Shown here piece by piece: positions 22,623 to 34,366 of a stretch of DNA of 64,000 nucleotides (positions within the stretch are counted from its first letter, which is position 1; each line of letters begins with the position of its first letter). This DNA comes from an uncultured Actinomycetota bacterium. GTDB lineage: Bacteria; Actinomycetota; Actinomycetes; Propionibacteriales; Nocardioidaceae. Made by a program: the position numbers and the translations under genes. The DNA lies in assembly GCA_963763225.1 (NCBI GenBank), contig CAVXNT010000007.1, positions 50,982 through 114,981 of the forward strand. Reading direction: 5' to 3'. The notes under the pieces are model-generated. The model did not search any database and was not told where the DNA came from. It saw only the letters and a program-made list of their open reading frames with translations.

Positions 22623-22964
22623 GTGATCGACGTCGAGCCGGAGCCGTTCGAGGCGATGGTCGCCGAGGCGCTGGACGGGCTGCCCGACGAGCTCGGCGCG
22701 CTGATGAGCAACGTCGCGGTCGTCGTCGAGCACGGACGCGGCCCGCGGGGGCTGCTCGGGCTCTACCAGGGCATCCCGCTGACCCGCCGCACGACGTCGT
22801 ACTCCGCCGTCCTGCCCGACCGGATCACGATCTACCGCCGCGCGATCTGCCGGATCTGCACCACCGAGGCCGAGGTGGTGGAGCAGGTCCGCCGCACCGT
22901 GGTGCACGAGGTCGGGCACCACTTCGGCATCTCCGACGCGCGCCTGCGTCAGCTCGGGTGGTGA
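22623..22964 (+). CDS. Zincin-like metallopeptidase (DUF1025 type)
   Basis: LLGLYQGIPLT, PDRITIYR and HEVGHHFGI. Confidence 0.85.
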   Translation: MIDVEPEPFEAMVAEALDGLPDELGALMSNVAVVVEHGRGPRGLLGLYQGIPLTRRTTSYSAVLPDRITIYRRAICRICTTEAEVVEQVRRTVVHEVGHHFGISDARLRQLGW

Positions 22965-23848
22965 TCGCCGAGCACCTCGCGCCAGGAGTGCTGCGGCTCG
23001 TAGCCGAGCAGCTCGCGGGCCTTGTCGATGGCGTAGAACGTCTCGTCGCGGCCCATCTCCCGCCGCACCGGGACGTCGTCGTAGAAGCGGTCCCGGACCT
23101 CCTGCGTCGTCGCGGCGACCGACATGTCCGCGTTCGCGACGTTGAAGACCTGGTAGCCCAGCCCGTCGGTCTCCAAGCACCGCTGCACCATCTGGCCCAG
23201 GTCGCGGGTGTCGATGTAGGCGAAGATGTTGCGCCGCCGCAGCGACGGGTCCTCGAGGAACGGCGGGAACATGTCGGCGTACTCGTGCGGCTCGATGACG
23301 TTGTTGATCCGCAGCCCGTAGATGTCGGCGCCGGTCCGGGCCTGGAACGAGCGCGCCGTCACCTCGTTGGCGACCTTGGACATCGCGTAGGAGTCCTCGG
23401 GGACCGTCGGGTGCTCCTCGTCGACCGGCACGTAGAGGGGGCGGCGCTCGCCCTGGGCGAAGCAGATCCCGTACGTCGTCTCCGAGGACGCGAAGACGAC
23501 CTTGCGGACGCCGAGGCGGGTCGCGGCCTCGAGCACGTGATAGGTGCTGAGCACGTTGGTCGCGTACGTCGCGGCGTCGGACCGCAGCAGGATGGCCGGC
23601 ACCGCGGCGAAGTGCACGACCGCGTCGTACGTCGGCTTCTCGGGCAGGTCGAGCTCGTCGAAGGTCGCCAGCCCGGCGAGTGCCGAGTAGGTCTCGCCCG
23701 CGTCGGTGAGGTCGACCCGGAGGTCGGCGACGTCCGGGTGCCCGAGCGGGACGAGGTCGGCGTTCGTGACGTGGTGGCCCAGGGAGGCGAGGTACGGCGC
23801 GACGTGCTTGCCGGCCTTGCCGCTGCCACCGGTGAAGAAGATGCGCAT
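22949..23848 (-). CDS. NAD-dependent epimerase/dehydratase
   Basis: TGGSGKAG, ASSETTYG and YAMSK. Confidence 0.88.
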   Translation of the reverse strand: MRIFFTGGSGKAGKHVAPYLASLGHHVTNADLVPLGHPDVADLRVDLTDAGETYSALAGLATFDELDLPEKPTYDAVVHFAAVPAILLRSDAATYATNVLSTYHVLEAATRLGVRKVVFASSETTYGICFAQGERRPLYVPVDEEHPTVPEDSYAMSKVANEVTARSFQARTGADIYGLRINNVIEPHEYADMFPPFLEDPSLRRRNIFAYIDTRDLGQMVQRCLETDGLGYQVFNVANADMSVAATTQEVRDRFYDDVPVRREMGRDETFYAIDKARELLGYEPQHSWREVLGDHHPS

Positions 23849-23876
23849 GACCGACCGTACCCACCGGCGTCCCGGC

Positions 23877-26267
23877 TCACCGGCTCCGGGGCGTGAACGG
23901 CACCTCGCCGCGAAGGTCACCGAGCCCGCGGGCCACCAGGAGTCGTCCGGACGTGAGCGGCCGCCAGCCGTCGTCGGTCCAGGTACGGGCCGCCCGCGGG
24001 TCGACGGTGACCTCGACCCGCCGCTGCTCGCCGGCCGCGAGGTCGACGGTCGTCCAGCCGACGAGGCGGACCGGCTGGTCGTCGCGCTCCTCCGGATCGG
24101 GCTCGAGGTAGACCTGCACGACTTCGCGCGACCTGCGGGCCGAGACGTTGGTCAGGTCCACCGCGACGACGCCGCCCGCGACGGAGACCTCGCCGTACTC
24201 CCACTCGCCGTAGCCCAGTCCCTCGCCGAACCAGTACGCCGGGGCGGGCGCCCGGCGAGCGGCGTACCCGCGGTAGCCGACGTGGACGCCCTCGTCGTAC
24301 CGGAGCTCCCGTCGGTCGGGACGACGTCCCAGGCGGGGGAGGAGCCATCGGCGGCCGGGAACGAGGTGACCAGGCGCCCGGCCGGCTCGATGTCGCCGAG
24401 CAGGGCGGCGGCGACGGCGTGCCCACCCTCCTGACCGGGCAGCCCGGCCCAGAGGATCGCGTCGACCTCGTCCCGCCAGGGCATCAGCACCGGCGTGGCG
24501 GCGTTGACGACCACGACCGTGCGCCGGGCGGCGGCCACGACCGCGGCGACGAGCTCGTCCTGGCGACCGGGGAGGGCCAGCGTGGCCTTGTCGAACGCCT
24601 CGGTCTCCTGCTCCTCGGTCAGGCCGACGACCACGACCGCGACGTCGGCGTCCGCCGCGGCGGCCACGGCGGACGCGATCGCGTCGTCGTCGGCAGGCGG
24701 GGTCGGCTCCGCGACCAGGCCGAGCCCGGACCAGCCGTCGAGCGGTCAGGTCGGCCACCAGGTCCCGAGGCTCGGGCAGGACCACGTCGGTGGTCCAGCC
24801 GGGCGGGCGGAGGAAGTCGCCGCCGACGTCGCCGGACTCGGAGCCGAGCGTGACCTCGTGCGACTCCGCGCCGATCGTCACCGTCCCGGTCCCGACGCCC
24901 AGCACCCCGACGCGCATGGCGCCGGCGGGCACCGTCGCCGACAGCACGACCCGGGTGACCGGCTCGGGGAGGTCCTCGTCGGGCATGGCGCCGACGGTCC
25001 TCGCCTCGTCCGACAGGGTCTCGGCGAGCAGCGTCCCGGAGGCGCCGTACCTGCGGACCCGCATGCCGGGTGCGCCGGTCAGCGGATCCGTGAGCACGCC
25101 GGGGAGTGCCGCTCGCGGGCGGCTCCGCACGGCGACGCCGTCGACGACGGTCACGCCGTCGGTGGCGGCCCGCAGGCCGTCGGCGACGCTCACCTGGTGC
25201 GGTGCTCGCACCGCCGCGGAGCCCCCGCCCATGCAGGTGGTCTCCAGTGCCGGACGGCCGATCAGGGCCAGCGTCGCGCCACGGGCCAGCGGGAGGACGC
25301 CGTCGTTGGCGAGCACGGTCATCCCCTCGGCGGCCAGGCGTGTCAGCTGTTCGCGGCGCACGGCGCCGCCCGGGTCCGGCAGGCCGGTCCGCCACGACCG
25401 GTGCTCGTCGACGGCGCCGACGCGGGCGGCCAGCAGCAGCAGCCGTCGCAGGTGGTCGTCGACCACGGCCTCGTCGACCTCGCCGGCCTCGACGGCCGCC
25501 ACCAGGGCGGGGCCCCAGGGGCCCTCCGGGCCGGGCATCACCAGGTCGAGCCCACCGTTGGCCGAGGCAGCGGTCGTCCTCGTCGCGAACCAGTCGGACA
25601 TGACCAGGCCGCGCCAGCGCCACTCGCCCTTGAGGATCTCGTTGATGACGTGGTCCTGCTCGGTCGCCGCGACACCGTTGACGTCGTTGTAGGCGGCCAT
25701 CACCGACCACGGGTCGGCGTCCTCGACCGCGATCTCGAACGGCAGCAGGTAGAGCTCGCGCAGGGTCCGCTCGTCCAGGACGCTGTCGACCAGCTGCCGG
25801 TCGGTCTCGGACTCGTTGGCGACCAGGTGCTTCACGCAGGCCCCGATGCCCTGTGCCTGGAGGCCGGAGACGTACGCCGCCGCGAGGTGGCCGGTGAGCA
25901 ACGGGTCCTCCGAGTAGGCCTCGAACAGCCGGCCGCCCAGGGGTGTGCGGTGCAGGTTCACCGTCGGGCCGAGGACGACATGGATGTGTTGCCGCTCCGC
26001 CTCCTCGGCAAGCAGCCGGCCGACCTCCGCGGCGGTCTCGGCGCGCCACGAGGACGCAAGCAGGGTGGCGTTGGGGAACAGGCAGGTTGTCGGGCCGCTG
26101 GTGAAGTCCAGTCCCCGCACGCCGGTCGGGCCGTCCGAGAACGCCATCGGCGCGAGCCCGATCTCGTCGTCGCCGTGCAGCGTGAACATCGTCGCGCCGG
26201 TGAGGAGGCGGACCTTGCGGTCGAGGGGGAGCCGGGCGATGCGCTCGCCCAGGGTTGCGATGTCCAT
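23877..26267 (-). CDS. GH3 beta-glucosidase with a PA14-like insert and Fn3-like C-terminus, frameshifted
   Basis: [32 protein letters not shown] and EGVHVGYR. Confidence 0.9.
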   Translation of the reverse strand: MDIATLGERIARLPLDRKVRLLTGATMFTLHGDDEIGLAPMAFSDGPTGVRGLDFTSGPTTCLFPNATLLASSWRAETAAEVGRLLAEEAERQHIHVVLGPTVNLHRTPLGGRLFEAYSEDPLLTGHLAAAYVSGLQAQGIGACVKHLVANESETDRQLVDSVLDERTLRELYLLPFEIAVEDADPWSVMAAYNDVNGVAATEQDHVINEILKGEWRWRGLVMSDWFATRTTAASANGGLDLVMPGPEGPWGPALVAAVEAGEVDEAVVDDHLRRLLLLAARVGAVDEHRSWRTGLPDPGGAVRREQLTRLAAEGMTVLANDGVLPLARGATLALIGRPALETTCMGGGSAAVRAPHQVSVADGLRAATDGVTVVDGVAVRSRPRAALPGVLTDPLTGAPGMRVRRYGASGTLLAETLSDEARTVGAMPDEDLPEPVTRVVLSATVPAGAMRVGVLGVGTGTVTIGAESHEVTLGSESGDVGGDFLRPPGWTTDVVLPEPRDLVADLTARRLVRARPGRGADPACRRRRDRVRRGRRGGRRRRGRGRRPDRGAGDRGVRQGHAGPPRSPGRARRRGRGRRPAHGRGRQRRHAGADALAGRGRRDPLGRAARSGGWARRRRRPARRHRAGRAPGHLVPGRRWLLPRLGRRPDRRELRYDEGVHVGYRGYAARRAPAPAYWFGEGLGYGEWEYGEVSVAGGVVAVDLTNVSARRSREVVQVYLEPDPEERDDQPVRLVGWTTVDLAAGEQRRVEVTVDPRAARTWTDDGWRPLTSGRLLVARGLGDLRGEVPFTPRSR

Positions 26268-26335
26268 GCCGCCACCCTGTCAGGTCGTCCGTGCGGCCTC
26301 GTGGTGCCGGGCCCTGACCACACCCGTCGGCGAGG

Positions 26336-27697
26336 ATGACGTCGTCGGTGATGATGGGAGCGTGCGCGGGCAGTGGCGAGGCCGGATCGGCCGAGAGGCG
26401 AGGCGGCTGCGCGTGGGCTGGCGCGGCGCTGTGCTCTGGTCGCTGCGGATCACGGTGGCGGCGGTGTCAGCTACGTGGTCGCGACGCTCCTCTTCCCCGG
26501 CACGCAGCCCCTGCTGGCGCCGCTGACCGCGATGCTCGTCGTGCAGGTGACGCCGGTGTCGCTGCTGGCCAGCGGGCTGGACCGGGTGGTCGCCGTGGTG
26601 GTCGGCGTCTCGCTGGCGGTCGCGTTCGCGACGGTCGTGCCGCTGGAGTGGTGGAGCCTCGGCGTCCTGATCTTCGTCTCGCTCACGATCGGGCAGGCGC
26701 TGCGGCTGCGCTCGAACCTCATCGAGGTCGCGATCAGCGGGATGCTCGTCCTCGGCGTCGGCGACCCTGGGCGCCGAGTGCGGCGGCGAGCCAGCGGATC
26801 GCGGAGACGCTCGTCGGCGCCGCGGTCGGCATCGCGGCCAACCTGGTCTTCCCGCCGCGGATCCCCGGCGTCGGACGCCGGGCGGGAGATCGAGGGCCTC
26901 GCCGACGCGGTGAGCGACCTGCTGCGACGGTCCGCGGACGCGCTCGAGCAGCTGGTCGCCGAGCGGGAGTCCGTCGCGCCGCGGCCCGGCCTGGCTCGGA
27001 GACGCCCGGTCGATCACCCACGACGACGTGCCCCGGGTGGGCGCCGCGCTGCTGCAGGCCGAGCAGGGTCGCCGGCTCAACGTGCGCGCCGTGGCAGCCC
27101 GGACCTGGGTCCCGGGCTCCGCCACGGCCTGGAGTCGCTCGAGCACACCGCGCTCACCGTGCGCTCGATGTACCGCGCGCTGGCCGACGCCACCGCCGGC
27201 CAGCCGGCGTGGCTCTCGTGCGGAGACCGCTGCGGACGTGCTGCTCGGCCTGGTCGCCAGACGTTCCGGGAGCTCGCCGCCGCGGTGGACGCGTTCGGCG
27301 AGCTGGTCCGGCTCGAGGCGGCGCCGGTCGCGACAGGTCGCAGTCGGCCGACTTCCGGGCGCTGCGCGAGGCGATGGCGGGCCTGCCCGAGGCCCGTGCC
27401 GGCTGGAGGAGCTCGCGCTCGACGGGACCGATCCCGGTCGGGCGCGAGCTGCACGGCCACCGTGCTGTCGACGGTCAAGCGGGTCGAGCGCGAGCTGGAC
27501 CTCGAGCAGCGGGTGCGCCGCCAGCTGCAGCTGCGGCGCCGTTCCGGCAGCGGCCGGTTCCCCTGCGTCCGCACGCCTCGCGGCACCGGACCGACATGTT
27601 CCCCGAGAGCGGCCCGGAGGCCGAGACGGTCCGGATGTCGCCGATCCGCCCCGAGGACGACGACGAGAACGACGACGAGGACGACGGACGGGCCTGA
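26336..27697 (+). CDS. FUSC / aromatic acid exporter family membrane protein, frameshifted; start approximate
   Basis: PLLAPLTAMLVVQVT, DRVVAVVVGV, EVAISGMLVL and RIAETLVGA. Confidence 0.7.
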   Translation: MTSSVMMGACAGSGEAGSAERRGGCAWAGAALCSGRCGSRWRRCQLRGRDAPLPRHAAPAGAADRDARRAGDAGVAAGQRAGPGGRRGGRRLAGGRVRDGRAAGVVEPRRPDLRLAHDRAGAAAALEPHRGRDQRDARPRRRRPWAPSAAASQRIAETLVGAAVGIAANLVFPPRIPGVGRRAGDRGPRRRGERPAATVRGRARAAGRRAGVRRAAARPGSETPGRSPTTTCPGWAPRCCRPSRVAGSTCAPWQPGPGSRAPPRPGVARAHRAHRALDVPRAGRRHRRPAGVALVRRPLRTCCSAWSPDVPGARRRGGRVRRAGPARGGAGRDRSQSADFRALREAMAGLPEARAGWRSSRSTGPIPVGRELHGHRAVDGQAGRARAGPRAAGAPPAAAAAPFRQRPVPLRPHASRHRTDMFPESGPEAETVRMSPIRPEDDDENDDEDDGRA

Positions 27698-27731
27698 TCG
27701 CCACCGGTCGGTGCTGTGCCACCATGCGGCC

Positions 27732-28097
27732 ATGGCTGTCGACCCCACCGGCGCGGACCTGAAGCGGTTCCTCGAGGAGGACCCCGAGTCGCCCGTCGTG
27801 ATGCTGAACCTCCTGCGTTTCGCGGAGGGTGGCCGCGAGACGTACGCCGAGTACTCCGCCGCCGTCACTCGCACCTTCCTGCCCCGGTACGGCGGTGAGG
27901 TGCTGTACGCCGGCACCGGCTCGGCGGCGCTGGTGGCCGAGGACGGGCAGGCGTGGGACGCGGTGGCGCTGGTGCGCTACCCATCCCGGACCGCCTTCGC
28001 CCGGATGGTCGCCGATCCGGAGTACCAGCAGGTCACCCACCTGCGCACCGAGGCGCTCGTCGAGGCGGTCCTGCAGCCGACCGCCGCCTGGCGCTGA
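27732..28097 (+). CDS. DUF1330 family protein
   Basis: PVVMLNLLRF, WDAVALVRYPSR and PEYQ. Confidence 0.8.
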   Translation: MAVDPTGADLKRFLEEDPESPVVMLNLLRFAEGGRETYAEYSAAVTRTFLPRYGGEVLYAGTGSAALVAEDGQAWDAVALVRYPSRTAFARMVADPEYQQVTHLRTEALVEAVLQPTAAWR

Positions 28098-28107
28098 CAG
28101 CGGGCGC

Positions 28108-28578
28108 TCAGGCCCGAAGGTCCGGGGCGGCGAGCCGCGGACGCCCCCGTGGCACCGCGGCCCGCCGCTGCTCCGTGTCGCCACGGAGCGGCCCGTCGGA
28201 TCGGTGCGCCGCCAGCTCGGCCCACACCGACTTGCCGTTCTCGTGGGGCGTGACGCCCCACGAGACGCTGAGCGCGTCGACCAGCATCAGGCCCCGCCCG
28301 CCCTCCGCCCCCGGGTCGGCGCTCGTCGGGTTGATCGGCCGCGTGGACCAGTCCCGCACGCGGAGCAGCAAGCCCTGGTCATCACCGTCGACCGTGAGCC
28401 GGAACGCCGTTCCGGCGTGCTGCACGACGTTGCTGGTGAGCTCGCTGATGATCAGTTGCGCCTCGCGGACCAGCTCCGGGAGACCGAGCGCGAGCAGCTG
28501 GGTGGTGACGTATCCACGCGCCCGGGACACGTCATCCGGCGTACCCGGCCAGGTGCGTTGTCGGTGCGACAGTGCCAT
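28108..28578 (-). CDS. RsbW-like ATP-binding protein (anti-sigma factor type HATPase)
   Basis: SELTSNVVQHA, GGRGLMLV, WG and GKSVWAEL. Confidence 0.85.
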   Translation of the reverse strand: MALSHRQRTWPGTPDDVSRARGYVTTQLLALGLPELVREAQLIISELTSNVVQHAGTAFRLTVDGDDQGLLLRVRDWSTRPINPTSADPGAEGGRGLMLVDALSVSWGVTPHENGKSVWAELAAHRSDGPLRGDTEQRRAAVPRGRPRLAAPDLRA

Positions 28579-28745
28579 AGCCCTCGTCCCGAGGAGGTTG
28601 CGATGTCGGCGGCGTCGCGCGGGGTCTGGACGAGACGGGCGTCAGGGTCAGTTCATCAGGGTAACCGCTCGTCGGGCACCAGGGAACGGCCCGCCGGGCA
28701 CGGGCGTGCGGTCCGCCTCGGCTGACGGCACACCGGGCGGCAGGC

Positions 28746-28889
28746 ATGGTGACGGTCCAACGGGGAACGAGTGTCGAGGAGGCGTTGGTACGACTGCGTG
28801 CCACGGCCGACGAGGAGCGCGTGGACGTCACCGCGGTGGCGACCCAGATCCTCGACCGGAGCCTCGGATCCAGCAGGGGACGGACGTGA
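28746..28889 (+). CDS. Small stand-alone ANTAR-like ORF (47 aa from ATG; may be truncated or frameshifted)
   Basis: (AHRAAG)MVTVQRGTSVEEALVRLRATADEERVDVTAVATQIL matches the ANTAR pattern; its stop overlaps the next GTG. Confidence 0.6.
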   Translation: MVTVQRGTSVEEALVRLRATADEERVDVTAVATQILDRSLGSSRGRT

Positions 28890-29648
28890 GCGATCTCGAC
28901 ACCGCCGGCTCGGCCGGCAGCCGCGACGCCGAGCTGGCGCGCCGGTTCGTCGTGCTCGCCGACACCCTGGTCGACGACTTCGACCTCGCCGTCCTGCTCG
29001 ACGGTCTGGTCCGTAGCTGCGTCGACCTGCTCGGCGTCACGACGGCGGGCCTCCTCATCACCGACACGACGGCAGCTCCATCCGCTCGCGGCGTCGACGG
29101 AGGAGACCCGGGTGCTGGAGCTCTTCCAGCTCCAGAACGACGAGGGACCGTGCCTGGACTGCGTGCGGACCGGCGAGGTCGTCAGCGTTCCCGACCTCCG
29201 GACGGTCACCGACCGGTGGCCCCTGTTCACCCGGGCGGTCGCCGACACCCCGTTCCGCTCGGTGCACGCCCTCCCGATGCGGCTGCGGCGGGACACGATC
29301 GGCAGCCTGAACCTCTTCCACGCCGAGCAGGAGACGCCGCTCTCGGCCAACGACCAACGCATCGCCCAGGCGCTCGCCGACGTCGCCACGATCAGCATCC
29401 TCCAGCAACGCTCGCTGCGGCAGTCCTCCGAGCTCGCCGAGCAGCTCCGGTACGCGTTGGACAGCCGGATCGTCATCGAGCAGGCCAAGGGCGTCCTCGC
29501 CGAGTTCGGTGGTCTGGCGATCGACAGGTCCTTCGAGGCGCTGCGCGGCTACGCCAGATCGAACAACCTCAAGGTCAGCGACGTCGCCACGGCGCTGGTC
29601 CGGGGCACCACGCAGCCGTCCGACGTCGTCTCGCCGCGCGCCCCCTGA
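28886..29648 (+). CDS. GAF and ANTAR domain RNA-binding regulator, frameshifted
   Basis: LADTLVDDFD, LELFQLQNDEGPCLDC, SRIVIEQAKG and LRGYAR. Confidence 0.88.
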
Positions 29649-29685
29649 GCGGTCGGCGGGTGCTGCGCGGGTGAGGATGGGAGCC

Positions 29686-30423
29686 ATGCGGGTCGCGCTC
29701 ATGGTCACCTGCGTCAACGACGCCCTGTACCCGCGCACCGGGCAGGCCGTCGTGACGCTGCTGCGCCGGCTGGGCGTGGACGTGGAGTTCCCCGAGGCAC
29801 AGACCTGCTGCGCCCAGCCGATGGTCAACACCGGCTACCTCGACGAGGCGGTGCCGGTGGTGCGGGACTTCGTGGACGCGTTCGCGGGGTACGACGCGGT
29901 CGTCACGCCGTCCGGGTCGTGCGCGGGCTGTGTGCGACACCAGCACGCGATGGTCGCCCGCCGGTCCGGGGACGCCGGGCTGGCCGCCGCGGTCGAGCAG
30001 ACGTCACCGCTGGTGTACGAGCTGTCGGAGTTCCTGGTCGACGTGCTCGGCGTGTCCGACGTCGGCGCGTACTACCCGCACACGGTGACCTACCACCCGA
30101 CCTGTCACTCGCTGCGGATGCTGGGCGTCGGGGACCGGCCCCGGCGGCTGCTGGAGCAGGTGCGCGGCCTCACCCTGCTCGAGCTGCCGGCGGCCGACCA
30201 GTGCTGCGGGTTCGGCGGCACGTTCGCGGTCAAGAACGCCGACACGTCGGTCGCGATGGGCGCCGACAAGGCGCGGCACGTGCGCGGGACCGGGGCCGAG
30301 GTGCTGGTCGCCGGCGACAACTCGTGCCTGACCCACATCGGGGGACTGCTGTCGCGCGAGCGCTCCGGCGTACGCACCGTGCACCTCGCCGAGATCCTGG
30401 CGGCGACGGAGGAGCAGCCGTGA
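29686..30423 (+). CDS. lutA: Lactate utilization protein A (CCG domains)
   Basis: QTCCAQP, SGSCAG, HPTCHS and CCGFGGTFAVKN. Confidence 0.9.
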   Translation: MRVALMVTCVNDALYPRTGQAVVTLLRRLGVDVEFPEAQTCCAQPMVNTGYLDEAVPVVRDFVDAFAGYDAVVTPSGSCAGCVRHQHAMVARRSGDAGLAAAVEQTSPLVYELSEFLVDVLGVSDVGAYYPHTVTYHPTCHSLRMLGVGDRPRRLLEQVRGLTLLELPAADQCCGFGGTFAVKNADTSVAMGADKARHVRGTGAEVLVAGDNSCLTHIGGLLSRERSGVRTVHLAEILAATEEQP

Positions 30424-31867
30424 GCGGCACGTTCGTGGGTATGCCGGCGTTCCCGGCCGCCGCGCGCACGGCGCTCGGCGACGCGCAGCTGCGGCACAAC
30501 CTCGCCCACGCCACCGGCACCATCCGGGCCAAGCGGGCCCGCGTGGTCGGTGAGGCCGATGCTGCACTCGGGGGAGGGTGGGAGGCGCTGCGGCTGGCGG
30601 GCGCGGGCGTGAAGGAGTCCGCGCTGGTCGACCTCGCGACCCACCTGGAGCGACTCGAGGAGACGCTGACCGCCAACGGCGCCACCGTGCACTGGGCGAA
30701 CGACGCCGCCGGGGCCAATGCGATCGTCACGTCGATCGCGAAGCGGCACGGCGCCGAGGAGGTCGTGAAGGTCAAGTCGATGGTGACCCAGGAGATCGGC
30801 CTCAACGAGGCGCTCGCCGCGGCGGGCATCGCCGCCTGGGAGACCGACCTCGCCGAGCTGATCGTGCAGCTGGGCGACGACCTGCCGTCGCACATCCTGG
30901 TGCCGGCGATCCACCGCAACCGCGCCGAGATCCGCGAGATCTTCCTGTCCCGGATGGCGGCGGCGGGCCGGCCGGCGCCCGACGACCTGACCGACGAGCC
31001 CGCCGTGCTCGCGGCAGCCGCCAGGGCGCACCTGCGCGAGAAGTTCCTGCGCGCGAAGGTCGGCGTCTCCGGCGCGAACTTCGCGGTCGCCGAGACCGGC
31101 ACGTTGGTCGTCGTCGAGTCGGAGGGCAACGGCCGGATGTGCCTGACCCTGCCCGAGGTGCTGGTCAGCGTGGTCGGCATCGAGAAGGTCGTTCCGACGT
31201 GGGCGGGCCTGGACCCACTACTGCGCCTGCTTCCTCGCTCCTCGACGGGTGAGCGGATGAACCCCTACACCTCGACCTGGTCCGGTGTGACGCCCGACGA
31301 CGGGCCCCAGGAGGTGCACGTCGTGCTCCTGGACAACGGCCGCACCAACGCCTTGGCCGACGAGGTCGGTCGCCAGGCGCTGCGCTGCATCCGCTGCTCG
31401 GCGTGCCTCAACGTCTGCCCGGTCTACGAGCGGGTCGGCGGGCACGCGTACGGCTCGGTCTACCCCGGCCCGATCGGCGCGATCCTCAACCCGCTGCTCA
31501 AGGGCGTCGGCACCGACCCGCAGGTCGACTCGCTGCCGTACGCCTCGTCGTTGTGCGGCGCGTGCTTCGAGGTGTGCCCGGTGCGCATCGACATCCCGTC
31601 GGTCCTGGTCGACCAGCGGGCGCAGGTGGTCGATGCCCACCGGGGCGCCGGATGCCGAGCCGCGAGGCGGTCGCGATGAAGGCCACCGCGGCGGCGTTCT
31701 CCGACGCGCGACGGCTCGCCCTCGGCGAGCGGCTGACCGGGCTCGGGCTGCGGATCGCCCGTGCGCCTCGGTGCGTCCGCCTGGACGTCCGCGCGCGACC
31801 TGCCGGCCGCGCCACGCGAGTCCTTCCGAGCCTGGTGGAAGCGCACGAACGGCGGCCGCGTCGATGA
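30420..31867 (+). CDS. lutB: Lactate utilization protein B (Fe-S), frameshifted near the 3' end
   Basis: KVKSMVTQEI, ETDLAE, CIRCSACLNVCP and CGACFEVCP. Confidence 0.92.
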
Positions 31868-32465
31868 GCGCCCGCGAGGAGATCCTGGGCCGGGTGCGCC
31901 GCGCCCTGGCCGGCGTCGAGCCCGGGTACGACGTGCCACGCCGCGCCCCGCGCCACGCCGGTCGCCGACCCGGTCGGGCCTGTTCGCGGAGCGGGTCGCG
32001 GACTACCGCGCCGTCGTCGAGCGCTGCGCCGCCGGCGAGCTGGCGCGCGGGTCGCCGCCGCGCTGCCCGCACGGCGCCCGGGTCGTCGTACCCGCGGGCC
32101 TGTCGGTGACGTGCCCGGCGCGTCGACGGTGCGACGACCGGGCTTCACGGCCGCCGAGCTGGACGCCTTCGACGCCGTGGTCACCGAGGCCCGGGTCGGC
32201 ATCGCCGAGACCGGCACCATCGTGCTCGACCACGGCCCCGGGCAGGGCCGGCGGGCCATCTCGCTGGTGCCCGACCTCCACGTCTGCATCGTGCGCGAGG
32301 ACCAGGTCGTCGCCGACGTCCCCGACGCGATCGCGCTGCTCGACCCGGCCCGGCCGTTGACCTGGATCAGCGGCCCGTCGGCCACCAGCGACATCGAGCT
32401 GGACCGCGTCGAGGGCGTGCACGGCCCGCGGACGTTGCACGTGATCGTCGTGGCCGGCGGTGTAA
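31864..32465 (+). CDS. lutC: Lactate utilization protein C, frameshifted; end approximate
   Basis: [18 protein letters not shown] and [21 protein letters not shown]. Confidence 0.88.
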
Positions 32466-32477
32466 CGCGGCGTTACA
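32461..32477. promoter_or_regulatory. Palindrome TGTAACGC-g-GCGTTACA, probable transcription-factor site before the CocE/NonD gene
   Basis: Perfect 8-bp arms, 18 nt upstream of ATG 32496. Confidence 0.55.
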
Positions 32478-32495
32478 TCTCGTCGTTGGACCGGT

Positions 32496-34366
32496 ATGTC
32501 CCGGTCCCTCGCTGCCCTGCGTCTGTGCCCTCGTCCTGGCCCTCGGCGCTCTGGTCGCGCCCGGCCCCGGCCGTCGCCGCTCCCGAGCGCTCCGCGCCCG
32601 TCCGCGGCTGGGCGCCGAGGGCGGCGACGTACCCCTCGACGGTGACCCGCACCGACCTCGCGATCCCGATGTCCGACGGAACCGTGCTGCGCGGCGACCT
32701 GGTGCTGCCCGCCGACGCCGACGGCAACGTCGGTCGACAAGCGGTTCCCGGTGATCGTCACGATCACCGCCTACAACAAGTCGGCGCAGTCCCAGGGCGG
32801 CGGCCTGGCGGGTACGCCGCCGTCGTACCTCGTGCAGCGCGGGTACGCCTCGCTCACCGTCGACGCGCGCGGCACCGGCAGCTCGGAGGGGAGCTGGTGC
32901 GTCCTTCTGCAACGCGCGAGGACAAGGACTCCGCCGAGGTCGTCGAGTGGGCGCACTCGCGCAAGCACCCGTGGAGCAACGGCCGGGTCGGCATGGCCGG
33001 CCCGTCGTACATGGGCATCAACCAGATCTTCGCCGCCGCCCAGCACCCGAAGGGGCTCAAGGCGATCTTCCCGCAGGTGCCGGCCGGTGACGTCTACCGC
33101 GACGTGGTCGCCTCGGGCGGCCAGGTCGACGTCGGCTTCATCCCGCTGTGGATGGGCCTGGTCACCGGCGCCGGCGTGGTCCCGCCGGCCGTGACCGCGA
33201 GCGACCCGCAGTCGGGGATGGCCGCGCTGGTCGGGCACCTGTTCGGCGCGGCGACGTTCACCGCGCCGCTGCTGCTCGACGCGGTGATGGGCGGCGACGC
33301 GACGTACGACGGCCCGTTCTACCGCGAGCGCTCGCCGATCGAGGTGATCGACCAGGTCGACGTGCCGACGTTCCTGGTGTCGGGCGAGTTCGACCTCTTC
33401 CAGCGCGGCACGCCGCTGCTGTTCGAGGACCTCCAGTCCCGCGGCGTGCCGACCCGGCTGATCACCGGCCCGTGGGACCACCTGCAGGCCTCGGCCGGCG
33501 AGGGGATGGCGGACGCCGGCTACGGCAGCCTCTCCGAGCTGCAGCTGCGGTGGTTCGACCACTACGTCCGGGGCAAGGCCGACCCGGCCCTGGACTCCGA
33601 CATCGCGCCGCTGACCTACTACGAGCAGGGCAGCGGCCGCTGGACGCACGCCGACCACTGGATGGGCGACCAGCACGCCGAGACGTTCCGCCTCTCCGGG
33701 TCGGCGGCCGCCGGCGGCGGCATCGGCGTGCTGACGCAGGGCGACGCGGTCGACGGCCGCGCGTACGTCCCGCCGGTGCCGGTGTCCGGGCTGTGCACCC
33801 GCTCCGCCAACCAGTGGACGGCCGGCCTGCCCGAGACGGCCCTCGCCGACCTGCCGTGCTGGACCGACAACGCCCCGAACGACAAGACCGGCGTGGTCTT
33901 CGAGACCGACCCGCTGACCGCGCCGCTGCACCTGCGCGGGCCGATCAACGCCCGGCTCTACACGTCCTCGCCCAGCGGCGACGGCATGCTCTCGGTCTCG
34001 GTCTCCGACGTCGCACCCGACGGCACCGTCACCCGGCTCACCGGCGGCTGGCAGGTGCTGTCGCTGCGCCAGCTCGACGAGTCCCGCAGCCGCTACCTCG
34101 ACGGACAGCTGATCCAGCCGTACCACCCGTTCACGAAGGCGTCGCAGCAGCCGCTCGGCACGGGCGAGGTGGCGCCGGTCGACGTCGAGGTGTTCCCGAC
34201 CGCCGCCGAGATCGCGCCCGGCCACCGGCTGCGGATCGCGATCCAGGCCTTCGACGTCCCGCACCTGGCGCCGTCGGTCCCCGGCGCGGCCACGACGCTC
34301 GTGCCGCTCACGGTGCGCACCGGTCCGGCGTACCCGTCGGTGCTGACGATCCCGGCGGTGGGCTGA
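32496..34366 (+). CDS. Secreted CocE/NonD family hydrolase, frameshifted
   Basis: [29 protein letters not shown] nucleophile, GPWDH and RLRIAI; signal-like N-terminus. Confidence 0.88.

Noticed and set aside
32111-34366. Apparent LutC-CocE/NonD fusion protein of 751 aa
   Set aside because: Produced by indels; a separate ATG (32496), signal-like N-terminus and an operator-like palindrome lie at the junction.
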